Shown: positions 44,876 through 55,949 of the stretch, one piece after another
Numbering within the stretch: the first letter of the stretch is position 1
Layout of the letters: each line of letters begins with the position of its first letter
NCBI GenBank assembly: GCA_965644495.1
Contig: CBFFSA010000005.1
Span: 62,001 to 126,000 of the forward strand
Length of the DNA stretch: 64,000 nucleotides
Source of the DNA: Perkinsela sp. CCAP 1560/9
Lineage: Eukaryota > Protista > Euglenozoa: Kinetoplastea
Direction of reading: 5' to 3'
Program-made: the position numbers and the translations under genes
Notes under the pieces: generated by a model
Seen by the model: the letters and a program-made list of their open reading frames with translations, nothing else
What the model was told of the DNA's origin: nothing
The model's database searches: none

Positions 44876-45021
44876 GGGAGCATACCGTTTAAGTGCCTAG
44901 ATTGCCTGGTCACATTCCTGCGCTCATATTTTTAAGATGCGCAGCTTTCATAAAATGTGCAAATTTCTAGTACTAACTTTTAGTCTACGAAAGTCGCTTA
45001 TAGTATTATAATTTTTCAAAT

Positions 45022-45589
45022 TCTTTTTTAGGCTCTTCGTTAAACGCGGTGGTTGTTTTCAACTTAGAAGTCACTCATGCTGTGCGCTTCGCATTGAAAA
45101 CTACCGCCGCGTTTAACGAAGAGCCTAAAAAAGAAAAATCTCCAAAAGATCATGAATAATCCATTTTTTTGGGGGAAAAAGCTCGATTTTTCGACAAAAA
45201 TTGCGAAATTTTACACCATTTTTGGGCCGTTTTGGATGCCTTACCAGTAGGAGAAGGAGTCGAATCTGTCGACAAAAACGTCGTAGAATGGTAGCTGAGG
45301 TCCAAAACTCTCCAAATACGGTTTAGGAGTCGATTTTGGAAAAATAATATTTTTACTTTTTGGGTCAAACGTTTTTTTTTTGGTACCCCAAAAATTTCGG
45401 AGTTTTTGACCTTGTCGGACCCCTTCCGCGCGTACCAGAGGGGGGTACGCCCAGGTGTGGGGGGGTGGAAATTCATCGCCGCGGCTTACTCTACCACTTC
45501 CCCGCGCTCGATTTCGAAAATCAAGATTTTGAAACGACGTATGCCCCCTGGACCCCCCCTGGACCCCCCCCCCCCATGGACCCCCCATC
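45022..45589 (+). mobile_element. Family B-related element, 5' part, interrupted by an SL-headed retroelement
   Basis: Same left hairpin as 17085-17200; internal part similar to 62940-63130 (reverse complement); breaks at GGACCCCCCAT. Confidence 0.8.
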
Positions 45590-45590
45590 T

Positions 45591-45624
45591 TTAACGATAA
45601 AGATACAGTTTCTGTACCTTGTTG
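45591..45624 (+). other. Spliced-leader exon relic
   Basis: TTAACGATAAAGATACAGTTTCTGTACCTTGTTG is identical to 51257-51290; flanks are unrelated; no GT follows. Confidence 0.9.
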
Positions 45625-47540
45625 AATCCTTTTTCTTTTCTCTACCTCTACTCTTCTCTCCCCCCGATACATGCCCACGACACGACGTCGACGAGGCTAC
45701 CGGGGGCGCAAGGATTCACCCGGTGGGCCCGATTCCCCACCTACCTCGACCTCAGGGGGACGCTCTACCACCCCTCTCAGGCGAGGTTCTAGCCCCCACT
45801 TCTCCACCGAGACTGTGGGGCTACACCAGCTCTCTATCGAGGAGCTGAAGAAGGCGAGGCCGGACCTTGAAGTCCGTGCAAAGACCCCTTTCAAGTCCCG
45901 CGCGTGCGACTTCTGTGGCCTCCCTTTTGTGCCCGCCAGGCGGGATATGTGCTTTTGTGATGCGTGCATTTCCCTTCGAGCGCAGCACAGAAAAGACCTT
46001 CGCGCGCGTGCGAAGACGCAAACCCCCGGGATCCCTCCTCCCCTCTCTGCTTCTTCTCCTAGGTCCTCTCGACACCGGTCGGTAACCCGAAGACCCCCGC
46101 GCTCCATCTCTCCTCGGAGCCGCTCCCGGAACAGCGATGGCCCGCCACCCGGTGAGCGGTCGTTATCCCTACCCACAATGGCACAGCAGTTCAAATCCAT
46201 GGACGCTGTCCGCCTCAAGCTCCTTCCTGCCCGAACCGGCTCAAATCGCTTTTCCGCGGAGACAGGAAGATGCGCAGTCACCTTATGGCTGGCTGTGACC
46301 CTAAGCGCCGAACACGACGTAACATCAATGATGGAGAAAGAGGCCCGTGAACGTCGGGCCCTTACACTCGAAGCCGTTTGGACGCTGCACGACACCCACA
46401 AGTCCATCGAGGAGCGTATCTATCTCATTAATGAAGGGTGTCTGGTTGGCTCCGAATGCGGCATCGCACTCTTCAGCCGCACATTGTTGCCCTCCAGGCG
46501 CATCGCATCAAGGTGCACGGGCCGAAACGCCTAAGGGTTGCGTCACGGGCCCTGCTTCGGGAACACGCCCCGGAAGCCCTCAGGAACAAGGCCGATCGCT
46601 TCTCCTCCTTCATGGCTCTATATGAGGAGTTCTGCACGATGGAGGCCCACCTCCAAAGGGCACAGGCGAGTGCGATGGCTGGCGACCCACCCTGGCCCCA
46701 GCCCACCTTTCGTTCTCCCCCTCTTCCCACACCTTTCCCTGGGATAGCGACGAAGCTAATCCCCTCGCAGGCTACACCTGCACCGCCAACCAATCCCCAG
46801 GTCGACTCTGTTTCAGAACCCTTCAAGATCCTGCTTGATCTTGGGCCGGAGTGAGCCGGATATGCCACTATCCCCTGCCCCCCGGACTCCTCTTTCCAAG
46901 CTTTCCTCGGCACAGTGGGGAACACTTTAGGGGTCCCTGGGGAAAATCTCCTCCTCAAAGACAGTGCTGGCGAAACCACCCCTATCACAGATCGGGAGGG
47001 CCTAGATCGCGCTCAACGAGTAGCGGTCAGCCTGTCCCTACCTCCGTACAACCCCCGTAACAACGAGGAGGCCGTTATTCGGGTGTACGATGGATCCATG
47101 CACGGGTTCATCAACGCCCCCGGACTGCAGGCAGCCCACCACATCCCGGCCGGTCTGAGTGAGATTCTCGGTATTCCCCCAGTGCTGACTGGAGCTTGGA
47201 AACCTCGTGAATACGAGGAGGGCGTGCTATGGTGTTTCCTCCCTACAGAAACCCTAGTCAGCGAAACGGGATGGACCACCCGGGTTGTCAAATGCAATCT
47301 ACGCAGGGGATGCATCGAGGCAAACCCTGGCCCCAGACACAAGAACCGAGGGTCGCTGGCCTCATCCGCGCCCCAGCCCCGGCAGGCACCGAGCGAGACT
47401 CCGAGTGCCCTCCTCCAGGAGCCCGACACCTCTTCCCCCAGCAGGGAAGGAACTATCATGGATGGAATCGCGGCTGTGACTTCTCCGCAACACCCTCCTC
47501 TCCATGCATCTTCCTCCCATGCTCCTAATAAAAGAATTGA
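45591..47540 (+). mobile_element. 3'-truncated SL-headed CRE-type retrotransposon (ORF1-like region only)
   Basis: Frameshifted ORFs 45671/46438/46915 with a C4 finger, a C2H2 finger and a 2A-like peptide, collinear with 51331-53022. In-frame TGA at 46852. The 3' boundary is approximate. Confidence 0.8.
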
Positions 47541-47809
47541 TCATTCGACGGAGCTATTACGGTGCATTTCAACAAAAGACCAAATTTTTTCTTTCCTTCT
47601 GTTATTTTCCTACGGTGTATGATGCATCTCACCGATCATTCAAATTTTGCATGAACGAGAAATATAGAAATAGAAATAGAAAAAACGTTCGCAAGGGGGA
47701 AAACAAGACCAGCGTTAAGAACTCAAGGAAAAAACCCAAACAAACTTCTTTAGAAATGTACTGTAGATATCAAATGGGTATAAAAGAGAACCAAGTTTTG
47801 ATGTAAACG

Positions 47810-48292
47810 GCGTTACAGGTTAACATGCCAGGGGGGCATGTTATGGTGCTACAGGCATGTTATGGTGTTACAGGCATGTTAAATTTCTGAACCTCCGTTT
47901 GAAAAAATAAGGAAAGCAATCGACACAAAAATTCTACATGAAAAAGGTCGGAGAACTCTACTATCAGGAGCTCAACACCTTCATCAGCAGCTTCGTCTTC
48001 CTCATCATCATCCTCTTCTTCTTCTTCCTGCTTGTCTTCCTCTTCCTCACCCTCCTCCTCTTCTTCAGAGAATTCTTCTTCACAGGATTCCTCACGAGTA
48101 TGACCCTGATTCGACAATGAAAAATGAACACATTATAAAAAAAATACAGATTAAAGAAACGAGAGGAAAATATAGTGTATTAAAAAAAGGCTCGGCTTCG
48201 CCGAGAAAATCAGAAGGGGAGGGCATGTTATAAGGGTATGTTACATGCCGGGGGGGGGGCATGTTAACGTGATATAGGCATTTTAACCCGTG
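47810..48292. repeat. Transposon-end-like segment with GGCATGTTA repeats around an acidic low-complexity tract
   Basis: Clusters of GGCATGTTA/TAACATGCC at both ends; no TSD resolved. Confidence 0.5.
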
Positions 48293-48479
48293 CTCTCGTT
48301 TATAAGAAAATGCTTTACTGAATTCGCACACATCAGAAATGTGTCATAAATATTCATTCAACAATCGCATCGATTTGAGAATCCAATCGCTTAATATTGC
48401 AGTACACCGCCATCTTTTCCGGAGATATACTGCCTTGTCGACTACTGTACTTATGTGACATTACTGAATCGCATTACTG

Positions 48480-49716
48480 GAATCGCAATCAGTGACTATG
48501 GGTCGAACCCAAAGGTAGCATCTTACAGCACGATGAACAGCATTGTTCATTGAGGCAAAGTCGCTTTCGCCCAAAATACCCAAACGCCGATATAGCTCGT
48601 CAATCTTTTTGGGCACCATTGAACGCACCATGCTTTTCATGATACATGGGCGGCAGTACCCAGTGGTGAGGACCTACGTATAGCACCGCTACCATAATGT
48701 GTTCCCCGAGAACCTGATCGGTGCCTCCGTCTAAAGCAATTCCAAACAACTCGTAGCTGTCGACCAGCTCATGAATTTGGCGCCATAATTTCGCTTCCAA
48801 GACGGCCATGTCGATTTCCAAAGTACCTACTTCTTTTGGCATGGTCCGCAGAATGTCACCTCTCGGGCGCATTGTACGGCCATCGTTGTCCAATCTGTTG
48901 CGCGAAGTGCAGGGCGACCGATAGAGGAATATTGGTGGATGCAGCGATGGTAGGAAAATCAGTGTGCCAAAATTCGTATAGTGTCTTCTCCTCCTGCACT
49001 AACGCCACAGATTGTTTCGAAATTCCATATGATTTAGGTGGCGGTTGTATGTCAATTCACAAAGAGAATGAAAAATTTCGGAGCAGCGCTTGCAACGTAG
49101 ATGAATAAAGTGGTTCATTTGATCCAGCAGAGCAAGATCATCGCACATATTGCGTTTTTCCGATGAAAGACATGCAATGGCTGCCGTACAAACTTCATCA
49201 ACGAAATTTTCCTTGATCGAATGAAGTCTGGGCAAGGCGGGCCCTCTCCTCTTCCGCTTCGAAGTTCGACGGGGGGGTCACGAGAGATTTCATCGAGAGA
49301 AGTTTGACTTGGAGCCTCTGCCCTACGCTCTGCGAGAGTAGTAGCCGCTTCTCGACGGGCACTAGCAGTGGCTAAGTTGTAAATAAGAGCAGCAGTATAT
49401 TGCGAGTGCACAAACACTCGGTGTTTGTGGACCACATTTCGGTAACTTCGGTACGTAAAATTTCTTTCCTTGCAACAGATTCTTCAATTTCTATTTGAGA
49501 AAACAGAACATGCCGACATAAAGCGTTAGCTCGGAGTACGAGTTCAGACATTTGAAGAGAGAGCACATGCTTTTCACCATGAGTTTCAACGTACGCCCTC
49601 ACTCGTTCGTTCCGTCGACAAAGTTCTCGTTGAGATAGTTGACCTGATATTGACAAGTATTGGGTAACCAAACTGCGCGGCTCGGAATACTTTTCTTTGC
49701 CCTTCTTGCGTGGCAT
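48480..49716 (-). pseudogene. Decayed hAT-like transposase
   Basis: Fragmented ORFs: a CKRC..RHLNH BED-like finger, NIPLS, then FGIALDGGTD resembling the first catalytic Asp motif. Confidence 0.55.
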
Positions 49717-49769
49717 AAAACAATAGGACTTTGGTTGATTGTATAAAATTACCGCAGAAACACTTATTA

Positions 49770-50147
49770 CTGTACCCCCCCCCTACTTATCTGTCACTAC
49801 TTTTCGCGAAAAGGTGACAGATAACTAGGGCGGTAGGGGTGTGACAGATAACTAGGCGGATCAGTGTGCGACAGATAACTAGGGAGGGGGTCTGTCACAA
49901 AAAAAAGTCAGAACATGGAATTACAGAAACGGTTTATAATAGCACCACGCACGACTTTTGCTTGAAATACAAAAAAAAAGAATGTAAGTTTCATTTCATG
50001 ACCTTTTTTGGAAAAAAGTATTTTACCTATTTTTAAAAAGCGACAGATAACTAGGGGGGGCAGTCGACCAAAAAAAAATCGAAGTGTCAAAAAGTGACAG
50101 ATAACTAGGGGGGGTGATGTGTGACAGATAATTAGGGGGGGGTACAG
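49770..50147 (-). mobile_element. MITE family F, complete copy
   Basis: TA|CTGTACCCCCCC ... GGGGGGGGTACAG|TA with GTGACAGATAACTAGG repeats. Confidence 0.9.
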
Positions 50148-51049
50148 TAATACAAAACCTAAGTTTAATACAGAAACAAATAATATATTACTCATTGGAT
50201 ACGCAACCCAGGAACAACGGGGCGCGAAGCGCCGCGAGCTCCGTTTTTACCAGTACTGTTTCTAGAACTTTCTGGTTTTATATAAATTTGTAGAAAACTA
50301 GGAAGCTTCTTCGGTTAGAACTTATAAAGAATTATGAAAGGGGGGGTAATGCTTGTTTCTGTCTTACGCTTGTTATGATATTGAATGGCACCAAGTTCGA
50401 GAAGCTTCTTTCTTACTTCGTCTACACCGTCTGTCTCCTACTCAGAACTTTCATAGGCTTTGGCGCGGTACACTTCTCTCAGCAGAACCCTAAACTTTTC
50501 GGGGCTAGGAGGAAGCTTCTCGATGAACGCTTTGATCTTAGCTCGGAGCGATGCAGGTTAGGAATTCACTTCTCCAGTGAAGCTGTTCCAAACGTTTTTG
50601 AGAACCGTGGACATAGTACGTTCCCCCTTACTGTCCAATGGATGTTCAATTTTTGGACAAAGTTGATAGATGCGCGCACGTACTTCGTTCCATCATTCGC
50701 CCAGGCAATTCTCTTTTTGCACGCCATAATGACGTGGGCAACATGAGAAAATGTTAGTCGAAGGCCGCAAAGACTACGCCGAAAGAATTGACTTGACAAA
50801 GAACGCATCGACCCTTTTGTTCATCTGGAGTCGGGCACCACTGGCAATAAATGCAAAAAGAAGGGCGGTTCGGACGCGAAATAGTGAACGATGTCGTGGT
50901 CTGACACTATCTCAAGCATTGCTTTCGAAGAATGGAGGATTGTATATTTATGAGTAAATACTATTGGGATTGTTTCTTACTTGTTCTATTTTGTAAGCCT
51001 GCGACAGTAATTCAACATTAACCTACTTCCCCCTCCATAAGTAATTATA

Positions 51050-51229
51050 CTGTCCCCCCTCCCCTTAAGCGCACCCGGCCAGACCCCCCTGTTTAAGCGC
51101 ACACAGAGTTGAAGAGAAGGGGGCCGGCGGCGCGAAGCGGCGCCAATTTTTTTTTACGTAACGATTCAGACCCCCCCGTTTAAGCGCACTTTTCACGGAA
51201 AACGAGGTGCGCTTAAACGGGGGGGACAG
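51050..51229. mobile_element. Tc1/mariner-type MITE, family H (TTAAGCGCAC repeats)
   Basis: TA|CTGTCCCCCC ... GGGGGGGACAG|TA. Confidence 0.85.
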
Positions 51230-51253
51230 TAAGTATAAATTATAAGTTTTTTG

Positions 51254-51290
51254 AACTTAACGATAAAGATACAGTTTCTGTACCTTGTTG
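51254..51290 (+). other. Full-length spliced-leader exon copy (37 nt)
   Basis: AACTTAACGATAAAGATACAGTTTCTGTACCTTGTTG shares the AAC start, AACG, ACAGTTTCTGTAC core and TTG end with trypanosomatid SL (AACTAACGCT...ACAGTTTCTGTACTATATTG). Confidence 0.9.
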
Positions 51291-53180
51291 ATTTATTTCC
51301 TCCTTTCCTTCACTACTACTTCTCCCCCCCATGTCAGAACTCCCGCTCAAGGGACTCTTGTTCTGCGCTTACTGTGGCTCGAAATTCGAACCACTCTCCC
51401 CCACCCACCGGTTGTGCCCAGTCTGTTTATCCACAACCGGCACTGCGTCCCGTATCATTTGGGACAAACCTAGCACCCTTGGGCCCGTTAACAACGGACT
51501 CAGGCAGACATCCACCTCCCGAGAGGCCAGAAGCATCCCCCAGAAGCATCCCCCAGAAGCATCCCCCAGAAGCTCGTCCTCCCGCGCGAGGTCGAACTCG
51601 AGACCGCCCCTTCACCGACAGTCCGAAGGACCTCACACACGCTCGCCATCCAGTGTATCTTTCGCCCCCAGGAACACTTCTTCACATGACTCCGAGTCAT
51701 ACGCCGACAAGGCCAAATCCCTTTCACCCCCGATTCTTAGGAAAACAAGGTTAGGTACAGATCCCCCCTCAAACCTCTACACCCCTTGGCAGAGCCCCAT
51801 CACTCAAGGAACAGCTAGCTCTCATAGGTAAGATGAACCAGGATTTCCTGGGTATCTACATCAAACACCAGCGAGACGACGGAGTGCCCTTCGGGTTGAA
51901 GAGGGAAGTGACAGCCAACCGGCTGTCATGCGCCGTCCGAGAAATAGAGAGAGAGTACCTGGCGACGAGGGATGCCCTCTACACCGAGTGGCTTGACCTC
52001 CTCTGTCAGGACGCCCGTCAGGAATACAGACATCGCCAGCTTGTCATAGACAAAGCCCACCTGTGTCAGACCTGCGGACAGGTTTTTCGGGACCAGCGAC
52101 GTATGATCGAGCACAAAACCGTCCACGAAGTGGCCGCGGCCCGGGCGATGGTATCCCGTCTCTCATCAGAGCACCGCCAGGGAGCTATGATGATTGCGGA
52201 ACAACAGTGGGCCTCTGCCGCCGACCTCTTCAGCCATCTCTACCAACAACTCCAAAACCTGTACGCACCCCCCCGGCCCCTCCCCCGACCCCTCCCCCAG
52301 CCCCTCCCCCGGCCCCTCCCCCGGCCCCTCCCCCGGCCCCACGGAAACGTACAACTTGGAAGTGGACAACCCTCCCCCCCCACCTTGCCGCCAAACCTCC
52401 CGCCCTCACAAACACCCCAACCGACGCCCCTAGCGGCCCTTACCCATCACCTCCCCACCAGCAAGGCGGACACCAACTCTCATCTTCGACGCAACCCTCC
52501 GAAGAACCATGGACTAGGGTCAACCTGCACCTCGGACCCCACTTGGCCGGACACATCCAGGTCCCCGTCCCTGCCAGACACCCCCTACAGAGTTTCGTAC
52601 AAGCGGTGGGCTTTACCTTGGGGGTCCCCCCCGACCGCATAAGCCTGACCAACGAGCCGGGAGGGCCATACCTGGTGACCGATGAGGACCTGGAAGAGGC
52701 TGAGTGCATTTGGGCCTCTCTGCTCACTCCAAACCACGGCCCCTCCCACGGTCCCCACGTCAAAGTCTTCGACGGATCGGGAGCAGGAGCAAGCATAGAG
52801 ACGCCGTCTAATCTCCCAGGCGAACATATCCCCTTTTCCCTATGCCACGCCCTGGGTGTAGCCCAGTGCTTCGCAGGAGCCTGGACGCCGTTCGTGTCGG
52901 AGGGCGGAACGGCTTGCTGGAGCTTCACGCCCACGGAGGGACTGATAGCTGACTCGGGGTGGTCGGCCGAGTTAGTCCGGTGTAACCTCCGTAGAGGGTG
53001 CATCGAAGCCAACCCGGGACCACGCCGCGCAAAACGGAAGAATAAAACGCCCAAATCCTCCGGCCCCGCGGACAGTAACCCCGTGAACGTAACGGGACAG
53101 ACGAGCACTCAAACCGAGGACACCCCCACCCCACTACCCGACCCCCACATTACAGACCCCATTCCCACACCCCCGCATCA

Positions 53181-53570
53181 GGGGGGGGCATGCCGGACGC
53201 CAGCGAGGATTGCGCCGAGGCTGGCAGCCTCAGAGCGGGCCCGTATCCAAAATCCCATTGTAATGGGGGGTCCATCCCGACACACAACAGCCTGTCCTCG
53301 GGCCCTAAGTCCACATCCCCTGTTCTGGGGGGGCCATGCCGGACGCCAGCGAGGATTGCGCCGAGGCTGGCAGCCTCAGAGCGGGCCCGTATCCAAAATC
53401 CCATTGTAATGGGGGGCCCACCCCGACACCCAACAGCTTTTCTTCGGGCCCTAAGTCCACATCCCCTGTTCTGGGGGGGCCATGCCGGACGCCAGCGAGG
53501 ATTGCGCCGAGGCTGGCAGCCTCAGAGCGGGCCCGTATCCAAAATCCCATTGTAATGGGGGGCCCACCCC
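53181..53570 (+). repeat. 146-bp tandem repeat (~2.7 copies) inside the retroelement
   Basis: Identical ORF starts at 53190, 53336 and 53482. Confidence 0.92.
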
Positions 53571-53719
53571 GCACTCTCGCGGGACCCTGATCGAGCACAT
53601 CGCGGCGGCCGCCAATGTGCCCAAAATTTCTCAGCGGACGACGGGAGAGGGGGGGACATCGGAGGTGGGGGGGTGTCTTCCACCACACGAAGCAAGCAAT
53701 CCACCCCGACAACCCAGGG

Positions 53720-55859
53720 CATACCTATGTGTTCTATGAACACTTTTTTTTGTTCATTGAACACATAGAACGCATTGAACACTTTTTGGGGAGGTACACA
53801 TCACACGAACATGTCGATTATTATTCATAAAACCTTTTTGTTTTGCGCATATCCAAGTGATTACACATGCCCTAGCTATGCAGTATAAGAATGCCGCGGT
53901 ATGAGGTTCTCTCTTAGTACGCGTGGCAGCTTTTTTTGTACTCGCCGAACGTAATGCATTTCTCATTTCAAAATATTTTGCTGTTGTTGTTGCAAAAAAC
54001 TATTGTTTCCCTCATTTAGTCAAGCATTATCTATTACCCTCAACAATTTCTAATGAGAGGACGAGGTCCCACAGGAACCTTTCGTGCCCGTCGAAGAAAA
54101 ATGGGAAGCCACCAATCCAAATACAAAAATAAATCCAGTATCCAATATGACCGACTTAAAGTCGGTTAAAAAGCTTCACACTTTCACCTTGAAAGCTTTC
54201 ATCTATGACTTCCAAGTTCAGAGTTTATATTTGTCTGATACGGTACAAACAAACAATATTTTTCCCATAACCTACAAATAATCCTCAAGGTATTCAAAAT
54301 TTGCAAAGATACAATTCCATCAATTCTTTCCTTACGTAGACGGTTTCCTATTACCGCCAGTTCTCGCAACCTTACCTCGAAGCACACTTCGTACCTCAGC
54401 TTCGCGCTTGGATGCCGGAATGTCTCGCGCTGGCCCATTTCCAAGGGATTTCATTTTGAGTAAGGCCTTCAAAGACCATAAAGGCTGTGAATTCTCCTCA
54501 TTTTCCGAGTTGTCAGTTGTTTTTCTCCTTTTTGGTATCGGAAGCCGATCCACTTTCATGCGAAACATAAATAATATACCATCAGCCTCACTTTCATACG
54601 AAACACAAGCCTTTATAAAATGATCACAGACGAATCCAATGGCTTGGGCGCTTAAAAATTATTCAAAAAGTGTGTTCAAAAATTAGTAATTTACGAGTGG
54701 ATTATATTACGGTTACAGTGTTGTATTTAATTACGGTATTACTTAATTACGCTTTTAAGGTAAGCGTAATTAAATAATACCGTAATTAAATATAACACTG
54801 CAATCCATTTGCACCCCAATCCATTTCCATGGGGAACCACCCTCTCGAATGCGGTATTATTTTCCGAAATTGAAAAGTTTTTGCAAATTTTAGACCCCCT
54901 CCCCAGATGGAAATTTTCACCCCTGTATAAGCCTTTACTTATCCGATGTGTACAAAACGGTCTCGTTTGCCCCAAAACGTAAATACCGTATCGACAATAC
55001 GGTATTAAGCTTTGACTCTCGCCTTATGCAGTGTATAAAATCGAACGGCGAAAAAATGACTAAATGGTAATTCTTCTCTAAAATATACGTATTCGCTTCT
55101 TTTTGTTTCGTTTCTTCACGCGCAAAGTCTTTGTGTTGAGATCTGCAAAATGCTACAAAAATCAGCTCAAACGGATGCTTGTACGAAAGAAAAAGTGGTG
55201 GGTCACTTTTCATTGGGTGGGGTTTATGAACGCTTTCCGTGGTGGAGGGTGTTTATCGTCATGAAAGGCTCAATACAAAGGCAATGCTCTTCACCTGCGA
55301 CTTGAAGAATATGATAGCCACGCTAACAAAGCAGCGAAAGACTTGGAGCGCTTTCATGGCCTGCTTCTGAATAGAAACCTGGGTCCAGATGAAAAAAAGA
55401 AAGTACTCGATACACTTGTGGGTGAAAGGGGACTTTTCAAAGAAAAAACCTGAATTTTTTTCCTCATCTTCGTTGTCGTCATTTCCACTAAACATTCTTT
55501 TTGCACTGTGAACACATTATATGCATTAAAGAAGTTTGTGTGCCGAATTGATTAAACGCCTAACACGTGTTAGGACCAACCTAACTGGGGGTTGGGGCCT
55601 CTTCGTGGTCCCCCTTGACGCTGGAATCATATCGATGGCACAGACTCGCACCACCTATTCTGCCATGTACCTACATGTACGTGAGGATCTAGGTCGTGTA
55701 GTACCATCTGGGGCCATTTGAATGAAACAAAGCTTCAAAAAAAAATTGTTTGTACTTCAGGAAAAAAAATCGAAAAAGTGTTCTATTGGTTCATAAAAGT
55801 GTTCATTGAACCATAGAAACACTGAACACACACAAGTGTTCATAGAACACATAGGTATG
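53720..55859. mobile_element. TIR DNA transposon inserted in the retroelement
   Basis: TIR CATACCTATGTGTTCTATGAACACTT at both ends; CCAGGG duplicated on both sides; GAACAC subterminal repeats. Confidence 0.9.
54716..54800. repeat. 85-bp near-perfect palindrome (mini-MITE)
   Basis: CAGTGTTGTATTTAATTACGGTATT ... AATACCGTAATTAAATATAACACTG with a paired interior. Confidence 0.85.
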
Positions 55860-55949
55860 CCAGGGCGCTCCAGTTGAGGAGCGTGGGCAAGCCCCTTCCC
55901 CCGAAAACTTAGCACAGCTCCTTGGGAGGGGGTCCTTACGTAAGCTGTA

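Noticed and set aside
46852-46854. Stop-codon reassignment (Blastocrithidia-like code) or programmed readthrough
   Set aside because: In-frame stops occur only in frameshifted TE relics. Host genes have none and end in TAA, TAG or TGA.
51254-51400. Functional SL RNA gene
   Set aside because: There is no GT donor after the exon and no tandem SL array; the exon runs straight into a UTR and ORF.
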